Shown: positions 49,632-59,660 of the stretch, one piece after another | Layout of the letters: each line of letters opens with the position of its first letter | Position numbering within the stretch: position 1 is the first letter of the stretch | Virus record (IMG/VR): IMGVR_UViG_2905639403_000004 | Location: 9,376-73,375 of that record | Origin: a virus | Taxonomy: Duplodnaviria > Caudoviricetes | Length of the DNA stretch: 64,000 nucleotides | Direction: 5' to 3' (one strand) | Program-made: the position numbers and the translations under genes | The notes under the pieces: generated by a model | Databases searched by the model: none | Told to the model about the DNA's origin: nothing | The model's input: only the letters and a program-made list of their open reading frames with translations

Positions 49632-50323
49632 ACATAACACCACCTAGGTTGCACTGTGATACTTGTGACGCCGGTCAAAATGACATGATTGACACCTGGC
49701 ACAAAGAGCGGCCAATCACCCGCTGTCGAAGTTGTGATATCCTTGTCAGCCATGGTCGCCGTGTGTCTAGCACAGTCGAGAGTGACAGGCGCTGTCAGGC
49801 TGTCGATTGAGAACTGGTTCGTGTTCACGGAGATCTTGACTGTTCCGGACCCTGACACGGTGAGCAACGGTTCCGCTGCCACGTTACCGGGGTTCACGAT
49901 GTCAAAGTTAGCCGTGAACGTCTTTGGATCAGTCATCTGATACTCAAGCGGATCCAAAGTGAAGCTGGGCTTGTAGGAGCCACTGACCTCCACATCGTCT
50001 ACCGAAAACTCGCCGATCGTGACTGACTTGATGAGCCGATAGAAGTCGGGGTCATCACTCAACACTAGCTTCGACGCGGATTGCAGTAACTGCCGTGTCT
50101 TCCGCCATGACTGGTTGAGCGTCTTGAAGTCCACGAGTTGGAGTTCTGGTGACCAAGTAATATCCTTCCAACCACGTTTCTCGGTTAATGAACCACTCAA
50201 ACGGCCAGGCACGTCTGTGAACTGCACATCGCGCTTAGCTGCGGGAATGTTTGGCTTCTTAGTGACCAACGTCCCCGGCACAGACTGGGCCAGAGATTGA
50301 CCGTCCAGAATTAATTCAACCAT
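49628..50323 (-). CDS. Distal tail protein (Dit)
   Basis: VPGRLSG, NPGN..P, PGVNH; after tape measure. Confidence 0.85.
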   Translation of the reverse strand: MVELILDGQSLAQSVPGTLVTKKPNIPAAKRDVQFTDVPGRLSGSLTEKRGWKDITWSPELQLVDFKTLNQSWRKTRQLLQSASKLVLSDDPDFYRLIKSVTIGEFSVDDVEVSGSYKPSFTLDPLEYQMTDPKTFTANFDIVNPGNVAAEPLLTVSGSGTVKISVNTNQFSIDSLTAPVTLDCARHTATMADKDITTSTAGDWPLFVPGVNHVILTGVTSITVQPRWCYV

Positions 50324-50329
50324 CTGTTA

Positions 50330-53300
50330 TCAAAGCCTCCTTCCATAGCTAAAGTTTTGAGTTGCATCCTGCTGTTTCAAGTAGTCCGAGGTGTATGGAC
50401 CGGTGATAGTTGCAAACGTGCGGCCATCCACCTGCAGCGTAATTGGTCCCTGGGATGGCATATGAGCCGCAATAGCTGCGCCCATCTTATTCCACGTATC
50501 ATCGTTCAGTGGAATAACGCCCTCCGGCCCAGCTTCGCCACCAACCTGTGCCCGGCCATTGTTATCGGCAAACATAGTCGGCTGCGTCATAATGCCACCT
50601 TGCGCGTACCAGTCAATACCCAAATAAGGGATAGATCCATGCAAAAGATCACCAACAGACCAACCACTGGGTTGGATGCTGAAATGCGGCATTGGAATAT
50701 GTGGCCAGTGGATACTGAAGTTGAAGAAACCTCGAATGGCGTCAATCGCTCCTCGAACGATATCTTTTGCAGTATTGATTGGCCCAGAGATTGCATTTTT
50801 GATACTGTTCCAGACGTTAGATGTCACAGAACTAACCGCATTCCAAGCACTTGAAACAGCATTTCTAATACTTCCCACAACATTTGAGATAGTCGATTTA
50901 ATGCTGTTCCACACATTTGATACTGCACTTTTAACACTATTGAAAATGTTTGAAGTAGTCGAACTAACTGCGTTCCATGCATTAGATACAACTGACTTGA
51001 CTGCATTAACAACATTTGAAACGACATTCTTGATATTGTTCCAAATGCTTGAAACAACACTTTTAACCTCGTTGAACACACTAGAGGTAACACTACTAAT
51101 GGAATTCCATGCACTCCGAATCACGTTACCTATGCTGGCTAGGATTGGCCCAAAGAATGATTTAATACCATTCCAAACATTGGTGATGATACCCTTAATT
51201 AAATTCATTGCGGTCGTAATAATGGTCTTCCAGATATTGAGATACGTACCAATAATGACAGCAATAGCGGTAATCGCCACCGTAAAGATTACTTTGATTC
51301 CGTTCCAGAAAGCAGAAAAGAAGGACTTAATACCGTTCCAAATTGACTTAATGACATTTACAGCAGCTTTAAAAGCTGGCTTCAAAAAATTGGTAATGGC
51401 ATTAATCGCAATCGTGAAGATTTGCTTGATACCATTCCACAACTGCTTGAAGAAACTGGTAACAGTACTCCAAACACCCTTGAGCCAAGTGACAATCGCA
51501 CCCCAGTTCTTGATAACCAAAACGACTGCGGTAATCGCGGCAATTACAGCCGCAATCACTCCGACAAACGGCAGGAGCGTGGCCATAAAAGCTCCCATGC
51601 CTGCAGCTCCTAGGCCAGCCCCTGTACCGGCAGCAGTCGCGCCAACACCGAGCATTGGTAGAACTGTTGCAACTGCAGTGATAACTGGTGCCAAGACACC
51701 AAGTGCGACAGTGATCGCACCAAACGCAACAACCAGCGCTTTCACGGGTGCTGGTGCCTTATGGAATGCATCACTGACACCTTTGACAATTGGCAGAAGC
51801 CTCTTGATCACAGGCAATAGGGTCTCTTGAATTGTTCCACCAATCTTGCCCATAGTCTGTTCGTATTCTTTCTGAGCTTGTTTGGCCTTGTCTACTGGAT
51901 CCAAGGTCTGCTTAAAAGATTTCGAGACGGTTCCACCAGTGTCTTGGGCTGATTTTTTTAGACCATCAAGTGAAACTTTGCCATCACGGATGGCTTGAGC
52001 CATCTGTGGACCTGACTTGGCGCCAAATGTTTGAATTGCAATGTTAAAAGCATCTTGGTCTGTCTTGGCATCTTTGATTCCTTTGAAAGATTGCGTCATG
52101 ACATCGCTGAAAGATTTGTTCTCAGTTTTAGCGGCAGAGAATGCCTTCTGCATGCCCTTGAGCACTGTGGAAGAATCAATCCCAGATTTGCTCCAGGACG
52201 CAAGTAGTGGAATTCCCTGCTGAAGACTAATGTGCAATTGTTTGAAGGCTGGGTATGCCTTTGATGCATCTTCTTCAAGGTCGGCAACTGGTACACCTGT
52301 CCGCTGAGACGCTGCAGCAAAGGCATCAAGTACGCTAGGAATATCTTTAGCGCTGAGATTGAATCGTGACATGGAATCATGTAACGCGTTGACCGCGTCA
52401 GTCCCAGACTGACCTGTGATCTGGCTGAACTTGGCAACGTCTTCGGATGTCTTTTCCAGCTGCGGACCACTCAAATTGAATTGACTAGTAAGCCCTGCCA
52501 TAGTATTCGACAAGTCCATCGATTCCATCTGCGCACCAGACTCGGAGCGTTCAACTTTCTCAAATGACTCACCGAGTTTATCTGCAACGCCTCCAACAGC
52601 GCCAGTTTTGCTGGTCAGGTTATCAACAGCATCATCAGTTTGTGTCCATGCTTCTTGCGCCTTTTGGTTAAAATCTTGTAGGCCTTGACCAGCAGATTGG
52701 AATCCATTGGCGACAGTCTGCAATCGTTCAGCAGCTGTGTTCTTAGCAATCTCGTCAAGTTTGGAGCTAGTATCTTGTGACTCCTTACCCAATTTATCCA
52801 TTTGGTTACCCAAATTGGCCACAGATGTTTCGGCGTCATTCAACTTGACTTTCATCTGTGTTGCTTCAGCTGAGTTTTCTCCGTAAGCGGTGACCGTTTC
52901 CTTCAACTGTTGCTTCAAGTTATCAACTTTTTGCCGAGACAAGTCCATTTGTTCGGACAGTTGCCGTTGGGCGGCAGCTGTCTTCTGCGACTCGGAAGCA
53001 TTATCACCTAGTTGGGCATTTTCCAGTTTAGCCGATGTAGACGCGAGCTTAAGCTTAGAATCAAGCTCGCCCTCTTCCTGCTGCAGGTTACTGATATGAT
53101 CTTTGGCATCGTTAGCTTTGGAACCTTGCTCACTGAGTTGGCTGTTAACTTGATCAAGAGCACCTTTCAAATTATTTTCAACCCGTTGTGCATCCGCAAC
53201 CTTGCCGACGAGCCGATCAAATGAAGAGCCAGATGTTTCACCACGATCCTGCATCGTCTTCAATTGTTCAGACAGAATTTGCGTTCTTTTAGCAGCAGCT

Positions 53301-53500
53301 TCGGATTGAATTTGCAATTTTTGTTGTTCAGCAGCCAGTTTCTGAGTCGAACTAGCATTATCATCCATAGACGATATCTGGGCTCGATATTCCTTTGCGG
53401 CCGTGTTCATCACGGCGTTGATGTCTTTCACTGTGTTAGCAAACTGTACTTGACCATTCATCTTGAAATCAAGAACAACGTTTTGAGTTTCGTCAGCCAT
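50330..53500 (-). CDS. Tape measure protein
   Basis: 1056 aa, 11-aa periodic Trp/Phe repeats, GEAGPE. Confidence 0.92.
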   Translation of the reverse strand: MADETQNVVLDFKMNGQVQFANTVKDINAVMNTAAKEYRAQISSMDDNASSTQKLAAEQQKLQIQSEAAAKRTQILSEQLKTMQDRGETSGSSFDRLVGKVADAQRVENNLKGALDQVNSQLSEQGSKANDAKDHISNLQQEEGELDSKLKLASTSAKLENAQLGDNASESQKTAAAQRQLSEQMDLSRQKVDNLKQQLKETVTAYGENSAEATQMKVKLNDAETSVANLGNQMDKLGKESQDTSSKLDEIAKNTAAERLQTVANGFQSAGQGLQDFNQKAQEAWTQTDDAVDNLTSKTGAVGGVADKLGESFEKVERSESGAQMESMDLSNTMAGLTSQFNLSGPQLEKTSEDVAKFSQITGQSGTDAVNALHDSMSRFNLSAKDIPSVLDAFAAASQRTGVPVADLEEDASKAYPAFKQLHISLQQGIPLLASWSKSGIDSSTVLKGMQKAFSAAKTENKSFSDVMTQSFKGIKDAKTDQDAFNIAIQTFGAKSGPQMAQAIRDGKVSLDGLKKSAQDTGGTVSKSFKQTLDPVDKAKQAQKEYEQTMGKIGGTIQETLLPVIKRLLPIVKGVSDAFHKAPAPVKALVVAFGAITVALGVLAPVITAVATVLPMLGVGATAAGTGAGLGAAGMGAFMATLLPFVGVIAAVIAAITAVVLVIKNWGAIVTWLKGVWSTVTSFFKQLWNGIKQIFTIAINAITNFLKPAFKAAVNVIKSIWNGIKSFFSAFWNGIKVIFTVAITAIAVIIGTYLNIWKTIITTAMNLIKGIITNVWNGIKSFFGPILASIGNVIRSAWNSISSVTSSVFNEVKSVVSSIWNNIKNVVSNVVNAVKSVVSNAWNAVSSTTSNIFNSVKSAVSNVWNSIKSTISNVVGSIRNAVSSAWNAVSSVTSNVWNSIKNAISGPINTAKDIVRGAIDAIRGFFNFSIHWPHIPMPHFSIQPSGWSVGDLLHGSIPYLGIDWYAQGGIMTQPTMFADNNGRAQVGGEAGPEGVIPLNDDTWNKMGAAIAAHMPSQGPITLQVDGRTFATITGPYTSDYLKQQDATQNFSYGRRL

Positions 53501-53519
53501 TATTTTCCTCCTTTCTTAA

Positions 53520-53770
53520 TTAGTTAAAAAATGGAATATCGTCCAGTGTGACCTGTTTCCGAATGGGATTAGGTTTCTCTTTGTAAATACCATCAGGATT
53601 ATTAATCTCGATATAGATTAGATATTGTTTCAGCCACAGATTCGGCGTTAATTTCATGAATTCTTGAAGCGAGTATCCCATCAGCGCTTTCGCCACATAC
53701 AAATAAAAGGCCCAGGGGTAATCGTTATCCTCCTGGGCCTCACCTTCCTGTTGTGGCGACTTTATTTTTT
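53520..53770 (-). CDS. Tail assembly chaperone -1 frameshift extension (gpGT-like)
   Basis: A AAA AAA slippery site at end of upstream ORF; -1 frame stays open into the 53520-53702 ORF; hairpin AGGCCCAGG/CCTGGGCCT downstream. Confidence 0.75.
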
Positions 53771-54127
53771 TATGTCACTTAGTTGGAAGTTCTGCTCATT
53801 TAGAATATCCATTGCCTCTTGAATAACACTAGGAATTTCCGAAAAGGGAATAGCACGGTTCATCTCATCGAAGGTAGTTTCCGTACCTCCACCGACAAGT
53901 AAGCCGTAAACAAGCGCCCAAATGAGTTTCATGGTTTTCTGATCGCGATGAATCACTTTCCGTTTGAGCATAAGATTCAAATCCTTCTCGAATGTTTTGT
54001 AGCCTTGCCCATATGCGGATTCAATAGCGTCAATTGAGGAAAAAGTGAACGCTGCAGGTACCTTTGCACCTTGAATCGTGATGAAATGATTGTCTCGGAG
54101 CCTAACTAGATCAGAGAGCTTCACCAT
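53762..54127 (-). CDS. Tail assembly chaperone (gpG-like)
   Basis: Synteny; ends in IKK*. Confidence 0.8.
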   Translation of the reverse strand: MVKLSDLVRLRDNHFITIQGAKVPAAFTFSSIDAIESAYGQGYKTFEKDLNLMLKRKVIHRDQKTMKLIWALVYGLLVGGGTETTFDEMNRAIPFSEIPSVIQEAMDILNEQNFQLSDIKK

Positions 54128-54203
54128 ATTCCTTTGTCCTCCTAATTAGCAAAAATCGTTAATTTCCCGCCTTGTTTGGCAATCGTCTTAACTGCTTGCG
54201 GGG

Positions 54204-54851
54204 CTACACTTTTGGGATTGCTTTTTGTTTTGCGATCGTTTCAAGCTGTTCTGGAGAAAAAATAACCTGCTTGAAAAAGTCGTCAACAGTCAGGTCAGCA
54301 CTGTCTCGGGCTGAATTATAGCGTGCGTAGTAAATACTCGAATTACGCAAACCACCTGCGTTGTAGACGATATCAGGGTTGACTTCCTTGAATGACTCTT
54401 CAGAAGTTGCATGGGTTTCATTAACAGCAGGGTTAAGTGTACAAGACGTCAACCAGATGCCATCATGCTGTCCATTGGCCAACCATGTGTCAAAACCAAT
54501 TGCAAACTCTGGCATTGATTGTGCAAGCGTGGATCCAAACTCGACCCCATGCTTCGCTGCGATGCCTTTCATTGCATCCATAACTGCAATTGGCATCCCG
54601 ATGTGGGTGTGTGTCACTGCAATACTGGTTTCTTGCGTGATTGTCCCGAACTTTTTACCGCTGGCATAAATATCGTTCGACTTTCCGTTCCCTTTGAAGG
54701 CAATCTTTTTGATGTTCGGGATCCGGATAACACTTGTATCGAAGACCGGATCAGTAGATGCCGTCTCATTTTGCTTTTTCATAGCGAAAAACATATCGCC
54801 AATAGTGAGCTCTAGCTCAATATCGTTTGCTCTGCTTGGTTTATCAGACAT
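54204..54851 (-). CDS. Major tail protein
   Basis: phi13-type MTP (IYASG); start MSDKPS with GGAGG. Confidence 0.85.
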   Translation of the reverse strand: MSDKPSRANDIELELTIGDMFFAMKKQNETASTDPVFDTSVIRIPNIKKIAFKGNGKSNDIYASGKKFGTITQETSIAVTHTHIGMPIAVMDAMKGIAAKHGVEFGSTLAQSMPEFAIGFDTWLANGQHDGIWLTSCTLNPAVNETHATSEESFKEVNPDIVYNAGGLRNSSIYYARYNSARDSADLTVDDFFKQVIFSPEQLETIAKQKAIPKV

Positions 54852-54862
54852 AGCGATTCCTC

Positions 54863-55246
54863 CTATTTTTTCAATGCATCCATGACCGGTTTGACCATAG
54901 TCTGCATAATTGTATTTTTGTTGGCAGCAAAGGTGTTGTGAACATAATTGCGTGCCCTGATTCCTTGATGGTTCTTGGGACTTGTCCCATGCTCCAGAAA
55001 GAGCCACCAAAATGCATTTCCAAACGTCACTTGGATGTGATCGCCCTTGTCAACAACCTGTAGCTTATCTCTTAACGTCCCATATGTTTGTGCGAGCGGA
55101 GCGTTAGGTTCGCTTGGCAACTCGGGCCGGAGCTTGTCAGCAAATTGACTTGCTGCGGCAACAAGCCCTTCTTTCGACACTGAATCATCTACTTTGATAC
55201 CACTGAGATACTTGGCCATTGTTTCAAAACCGTTGTTATTGGCCAT
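54863..55246 (-). CDS. HK97 gp10-like protein
   Basis: FLEHGT motif. Confidence 0.8.
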   Translation of the reverse strand: MANNNGFETMAKYLSGIKVDDSVSKEGLVAAASQFADKLRPELPSEPNAPLAQTYGTLRDKLQVVDKGDHIQVTFGNAFWWLFLEHGTSPKNHQGIRARNYVHNTFAANKNTIMQTMVKPVMDALKK

Positions 55247-55565
55247 CCGCAATCACCTCGATGTACGTGTAAAAATCCGTGATAGTTTCATCATTTTCAT
55301 CGCCCGGAATGCCTCTGAATGATTCGAATGGGACATCATCAAACTTCTTGATGAACGGCAGTAGCTCGTCTTCAACGCCCTTTGTGTACAAAGACACCTG
55401 ATACTCGTTCACGATTAACCGTGTACCCGTGCTGGCTACTAGACGCTGAGTGTTTGTATAGGTGTATATCCAGTACGGATACTTAGCCGTCCGTGGTGCA
55501 ACGTCTCGATAGACCGCACCCAGTTGCTTGAGTCTGGCCAGAAACTCGTCAAATGTGATCAACAT
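55236..55565 (-). CDS. Tail terminator/completion protein
   Basis: YPYWIY, YQVSLYT. Confidence 0.7.
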   Translation of the reverse strand: MLITFDEFLARLKQLGAVYRDVAPRTAKYPYWIYTYTNTQRLVASTGTRLIVNEYQVSLYTKGVEDELLPFIKKFDDVPFESFRGIPGDENDETITDFYTYIEVIADGQ

Positions 55566-55887
55566 AGTCCAGACTCAACTCCATTCTTTGATTGTCGGGC
55601 GTCTCGTAGATTCGTGTGATTTTGTAATCAGTTCCTCTGATCCGGACACGATTCCCACCCTGAGTAATCGACATATCCCGACGAATCAAAATGCGCAAGA
55701 CGACATCCTGCTTGTTCTGCTGCGCGAGATATTTTTCAGTTGAGGTGATCCCAATGTCGGCGTAATACAAGACCCGCTTGTCTTCCCACGTTTGTTTTGG
55801 ACGGTCGTGTGCGTCAACACCGTCCTTAAGTTCCAACAGTGTGGCTATCCACCTGAGTTGGTTCGTTAGATTGACTGTCTGGGTCAT
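55549..55887 (-). CDS. Head closure/head-tail adaptor
   Basis: Synteny. Confidence 0.75.
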   Translation of the reverse strand: MTQTVNLTNQLRWIATLLELKDGVDAHDRPKQTWEDKRVLYYADIGITSTEKYLAQQNKQDVVLRILIRRDMSITQGGNRVRIRGTDYKITRIYETPDNQRMELSLDYVDHI

Positions 55888-56152
55888 CTGTTCTCACCTC
55901 CAAGTAGAAGATTGGCTCCAAGGCTTCAAGTGCCGCCGCTAGATCGTCACCGGCAGATCGATTGTCATTCATCACGGTAGCAACCATAAGCTGCAAGTAT
56001 TTCACGCTATGGCCAACTTTACGCTGGACATACTTGTCAGCTGCGTCCAGATAGAATTGCAACATGGAAGGGTCCATGTCATCTTCCAATCGGATGTGTT
56101 GTTTTAAGAGATCTAACAAGGTTGGTTCTTCTTCAGATTTCTCGTCAGCCAT
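55826..56152 (-). CDS. Head-tail connector
   Basis: LKQHIRLE..YLDAA..NR. Confidence 0.8.
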   Translation of the reverse strand: MADEKSEEEPTLLDLLKQHIRLEDDMDPSMLQFYLDAADKYVQRKVGHSVKYLQLMVATVMNDNRSAGDDLAAALEALEPIFYLEVRTDDPDSQSNEPTQVDSHTVGT

Positions 56153-56165
56153 CTTTGATCACCGC

Positions 56166-56414
56166 CTATCCTAGACTAGGTGGCGTTGTTGGCACAGTTG
56201 CGCCAGGTGCATCAATCGGATCACTGGCCACTGAAGACAGTGTCTTGGTGTTGTCTGTATCAAAAACAACCTGATAGTCACCATCTTTGACGACTGTCCC
56301 ATCGGCCAAGCCGGTAATGTCAACTTCACCAGTGCCCTTATTGCCGACAGCAACCACCTTGCCTTTTTGGAGCGCCTTTAAGAATTCGGCGCTCCGATCT
56401 GGTGTATCAGCCAT
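56166..56414 (-). CDS. Free-standing partial Ig/FN3-like decoration protein
   Basis: VDITGLADGT..GDYQVVF pattern; AAAGGAG RBS. Confidence 0.65.
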   Translation of the reverse strand: MADTPDRSAEFLKALQKGKVVAVGNKGTGEVDITGLADGTVVKDGDYQVVFDTDNTKTLSSVASDPIDAPGATVPTTPPSLG

Positions 56415-56487
56415 GTTCTAGCTCCTTTCTACTTTGCTGTTAACTTAACCTTGCCCTTGATTCCCTCAGACTTAACTGCTTGCGGGG

Positions 56488-57717
56488 CTACACTTTTGGG
56501 CCTGCTGTAAGCAATGCTGCCCCCTTGGTTGTTAAAAGACCTGCGTCAGCAATTGCATAGGCACCATAATCAGTGGAACGACCCTTGACGTGGTCTTCTG
56601 TTGCCACTGTAAGTGCTTGGTTAATGTTAACAACGACTGTATCTGCCACATCCGCAATCAGGACATCCCCATCATTGACACCAGCATCTGGTTTCACAAC
56701 TAAACCAAGAATGCTACCAACGCCTCCATTGATTGGGCTAGCAATAAACAACGGACGACCTTGACCATCAACGATGTTTGCCAATTGATTCCAAATGGTT
56801 TTGCTATTTGCATAAACTGCTGCCTTGCCAGCAAAACTAGAGTGGATCTTGGCCATGGTGCTAGTGATATCCTTATATGCGATTTGATCCTTATAAGTGG
56901 CAACTTGTGGCGTACCTTTTTCGGCCTTCAATGCAGTCTCAATGCCTAGCGGTGAACGTTTACCATCGCCTTGATGAATCGCAACACCAAGCGCAACACC
57001 CAGACGATCCCCAAGCTCTTGAGTCAAGAAACTGATGAAGTCCTCTTCAGACATGCTCTTCATCTTCCAGGACACGGTGGCGACTTTATTCAGCTCGTAA
57101 CCTTTAAGTACCAATTGACTGAATTGATTTTGCTCATCATCAGCCTGCGTGTTTTCGTCAACCCACTGAGCATCACCAGAAACAATGCCATCGTGCTTGT
57201 TGATAGTCAGCGTGCCAGAAACGTTGAATTTCTTGGCATCAGCGAAGGCTGGATATTGTTCTTCGGCGATCTTCCAGATGCCAGCCGCCACAGTGTTAGG
57301 AATCAAGGTCGGAGTGTTCCCCGTTTGGTGAGAAAATGGTGCGCCATTAAGGCGCACGTTTTCCTTATCGAATACAGCCTGTTCTGCAGCATTGAGAGTG
57401 TGGCCAAGCAAGGACTTGGCCCAAACATGTGCATATTCTGGTTGTGTCTTGGCAGCAGTGTTCAATTTGGTGTTTTCAAGAGACTTTCCAACACCAACAA
57501 TGTCGTTGGCTGGTGCTACCTGAGCCAAGGTGATTGGCGCGTGTTCATCCAAGGCTGCCAAGTTGGCTTGGTCTTTCGCTTGCTGATCCCACTTTGCGTC
57601 CAAATCCTTCACGGACTTCATTGCTTTGTTGGCATCCTCAGACTTCCCCTTATCAATTGCGGTGCGAGCATCGTTCATCAGAGCTTCGCGTTGCTTCAAG
57701 TATTCTTCTTTGTTCAT
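56488..57717 (-). CDS. Major capsid protein (HK97 fold)
   Basis: LIPNTV, WVDE, DGQGRPLF. Confidence 0.92.
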   Translation of the reverse strand: MNKEEYLKQREALMNDARTAIDKGKSEDANKAMKSVKDLDAKWDQQAKDQANLAALDEHAPITLAQVAPANDIVGVGKSLENTKLNTAAKTQPEYAHVWAKSLLGHTLNAAEQAVFDKENVRLNGAPFSHQTGNTPTLIPNTVAAGIWKIAEEQYPAFADAKKFNVSGTLTINKHDGIVSGDAQWVDENTQADDEQNQFSQLVLKGYELNKVATVSWKMKSMSEEDFISFLTQELGDRLGVALGVAIHQGDGKRSPLGIETALKAEKGTPQVATYKDQIAYKDITSTMAKIHSSFAGKAAVYANSKTIWNQLANIVDGQGRPLFIASPINGGVGSILGLVVKPDAGVNDGDVLIADVADTVVVNINQALTVATEDHVKGRSTDYGAYAIADAGLLTTKGAALLTAGPKV

Positions 57718-57721
57718 GAGG

Positions 57722-58429
57722 TTATTCCCCTTTCAAATTTAAGAGATTGTATTCTGCATTCAAAAGCGCCATCTGATCATCATCAGACGGCGCTCTTTTT
57801 AGTGCTGTTGTGTTTCGGAGGTGTTTCATTTGGTTCAGCGTGGCAAGACTTGGAATCTTATTCAGGCTAGCAGTCATGATCATTTTCCCTGGCTTCTCCG
57901 CATTGTCAAACATCATCTTGTCAGCAAACCCTTTTTCAATGGCAGTCTGCGGATCCAGCCAGTAAGTCGAGTCCATCAAGTCAAGGATTTCTGCTTGGGA
58001 TAGACCTGTCTTGGCCATATAGGCATTAGCTATTGCTGTGTTTGACTTCTTTAACGAGTCCGCAGCATTCTGCATGTCATGATAGTCACCCATCTGTCCC
58101 CCGGAGACATTGTGGATCATCATCATCCCTGCAGGTGATATGGCTACGACATCACCCGCCATCGCGATCAAAGATGCAGCGGAATATGCCACACCCACAA
58201 CGTTCACATTGACCGGCCCTTTATAAGCACGAAGCATGGTGTAAATTTCAGAGCCGGCATCGAGAATTCCTCCACCTGAATTGATCTCAACGGATAAGTC
58301 GTCACCATTAGCCTTGTTAATTAGATCAGAGACGCTTTTAGGTGAAGCATAGTCATCGCCAAATAGATCGTAAAGCCATCCGTAATCATTAGTAACGATG
58401 TCACCTTTAATCGGTACCACTGTCGTCAT
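57722..58429 (-). CDS. ClpP-like prohead protease
   Basis: INSGGG, AYSAAS, MMIHN. Confidence 0.92.
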   Translation of the reverse strand: MTTVVPIKGDIVTNDYGWLYDLFGDDYASPKSVSDLINKANGDDLSVEINSGGGILDAGSEIYTMLRAYKGPVNVNVVGVAYSAASLIAMAGDVVAISPAGMMMIHNVSGGQMGDYHDMQNAADSLKKSNTAIANAYMAKTGLSQAEILDLMDSTYWLDPQTAIEKGFADKMMFDNAEKPGKMIMTASLNKIPSLATLNQMKHLRNTTALKRAPSDDDQMALLNAEYNLLNLKGE

Positions 58430-59642
58430 TATCATCACCTCCTTCCGTTGGATCAGGGGTGCCGTCGCTACCAGTTGCTGAAGGCACTGTCCCTGTATCC
58501 TTTCGGAGTAACATCTTGTCGCCATCTGGAACTGGTGACAGATTAAAGAATCCACGCAATTCATTCGGAGTCATCACAGCACGGTCAACTAGTTGGACGA
58601 GTGACAGTTTGGTTTGCATGCTTGCATAGCTCAAATCGCTTGATTCAAACACAATTGAATTACCAAACGAACGTTGTCGTCGGTTGAACAAGCGGCTCGT
58701 CCATTGCTCAGACATCTGCCTAATCACTGGTTCAATCTGACTTTCGTAGTAACTAATCCACTGGTTTTCAGTGTAGCTACTTTGGACAATTGCCTTGTTG
58801 GTATGAAAAATTGAGTAGATTCGATCCACAGTCGCATCCATTTGCTTAGCATTTGGCACAAAATCTGTAGGCTGTAACTGGGTTGCATCGGTCTTAGCAT
58901 CAACACCAGCTGCACCGATTGAATCCTGATCTTTTTGTGTCTGCAGATACGATGCAACAAAAGCTTTCGTATTCTTCTCGATATCCTCCGGGCGCATAGC
59001 AGTATTGAATTTCAACAGCCAGCGAACAGCGGCTGAATTCTTGATGGCAGATACAATACCTTGGTCAGTGGTCGTAACAATCTCCATGAGTGGTGCCAAC
59101 GTCGGACCATTCGATTCGCCAAAGATTTCGTCCTTGTTGAAATCTTTGCGCAGGTGAATCACCTGCGAATATGGAAATGTGTAGGTCTGTGCATTCTGCA
59201 TGTAGAACCTGAGATAGAGGTTGCCTTGATTGTCTTGAATGGCTTCGACACTGTTAGCCACGATTGGCCAGATTGCTGTTGGCATTCCATTGGCATCATT
59301 CTGGACAAAGGCAAAAGCGTTGTTATTCAGTTCAAGCTGCGTGATCATCTTTTCTTGCAGCATCTGACCGCTCATTAACGGGTTCGGGTCTGATAACAAG
59401 AACTGGATATAAACGTCTGGATTGACTGCGATGCTGTCACCGGCACCGGACCGAATGTGCTTGGCCACTGCTTTGCCGATCGTGGTTGCTTTGACCTCAA
59501 TGGCTGACCTAATGATGTCAGATTCATAGACCTTGCCATTCCAACCAAAAAAGCCGTTACCGTAGTTGGTAACAAGCTTGTATTCCGGTGTGACTGTGAC
59601 GCCGCTATTTTTTCTATGAAAAAGATTGTTCCAAAATGCCAA
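58407..59642 (-). CDS. Portal protein
   Basis: PNPLMS, VIHLR, MTPNELR. Confidence 0.92.
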   Translation of the reverse strand: MAFWNNLFHRKNSGVTVTPEYKLVTNYGNGFFGWNGKVYESDIIRSAIEVKATTIGKAVAKHIRSGAGDSIAVNPDVYIQFLLSDPNPLMSGQMLQEKMITQLELNNNAFAFVQNDANGMPTAIWPIVANSVEAIQDNQGNLYLRFYMQNAQTYTFPYSQVIHLRKDFNKDEIFGESNGPTLAPLMEIVTTTDQGIVSAIKNSAAVRWLLKFNTAMRPEDIEKNTKAFVASYLQTQKDQDSIGAAGVDAKTDATQLQPTDFVPNAKQMDATVDRIYSIFHTNKAIVQSSYTENQWISYYESQIEPVIRQMSEQWTSRLFNRRQRSFGNSIVFESSDLSYASMQTKLSLVQLVDRAVMTPNELRGFFNLSPVPDGDKMLLRKDTGTVPSATGSDGTPDPTEGGDDNDDSGTD

Positions 59643-59660
59643 ATAATCACCTCCTTACGG

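Noticed and set aside
50800-51500. 33-bp periodicity in tape measure gene
   Set aside because: Ordinary 11-aa tape measure repeats.
50676-51830. 384-aa plus-strand ORF and other long antisense ORFs (e.g. 56971-57870, 42871-43464)
   Set aside because: Shadows of tape measure, capsid and lysin genes; no RBS or recognisable motifs.
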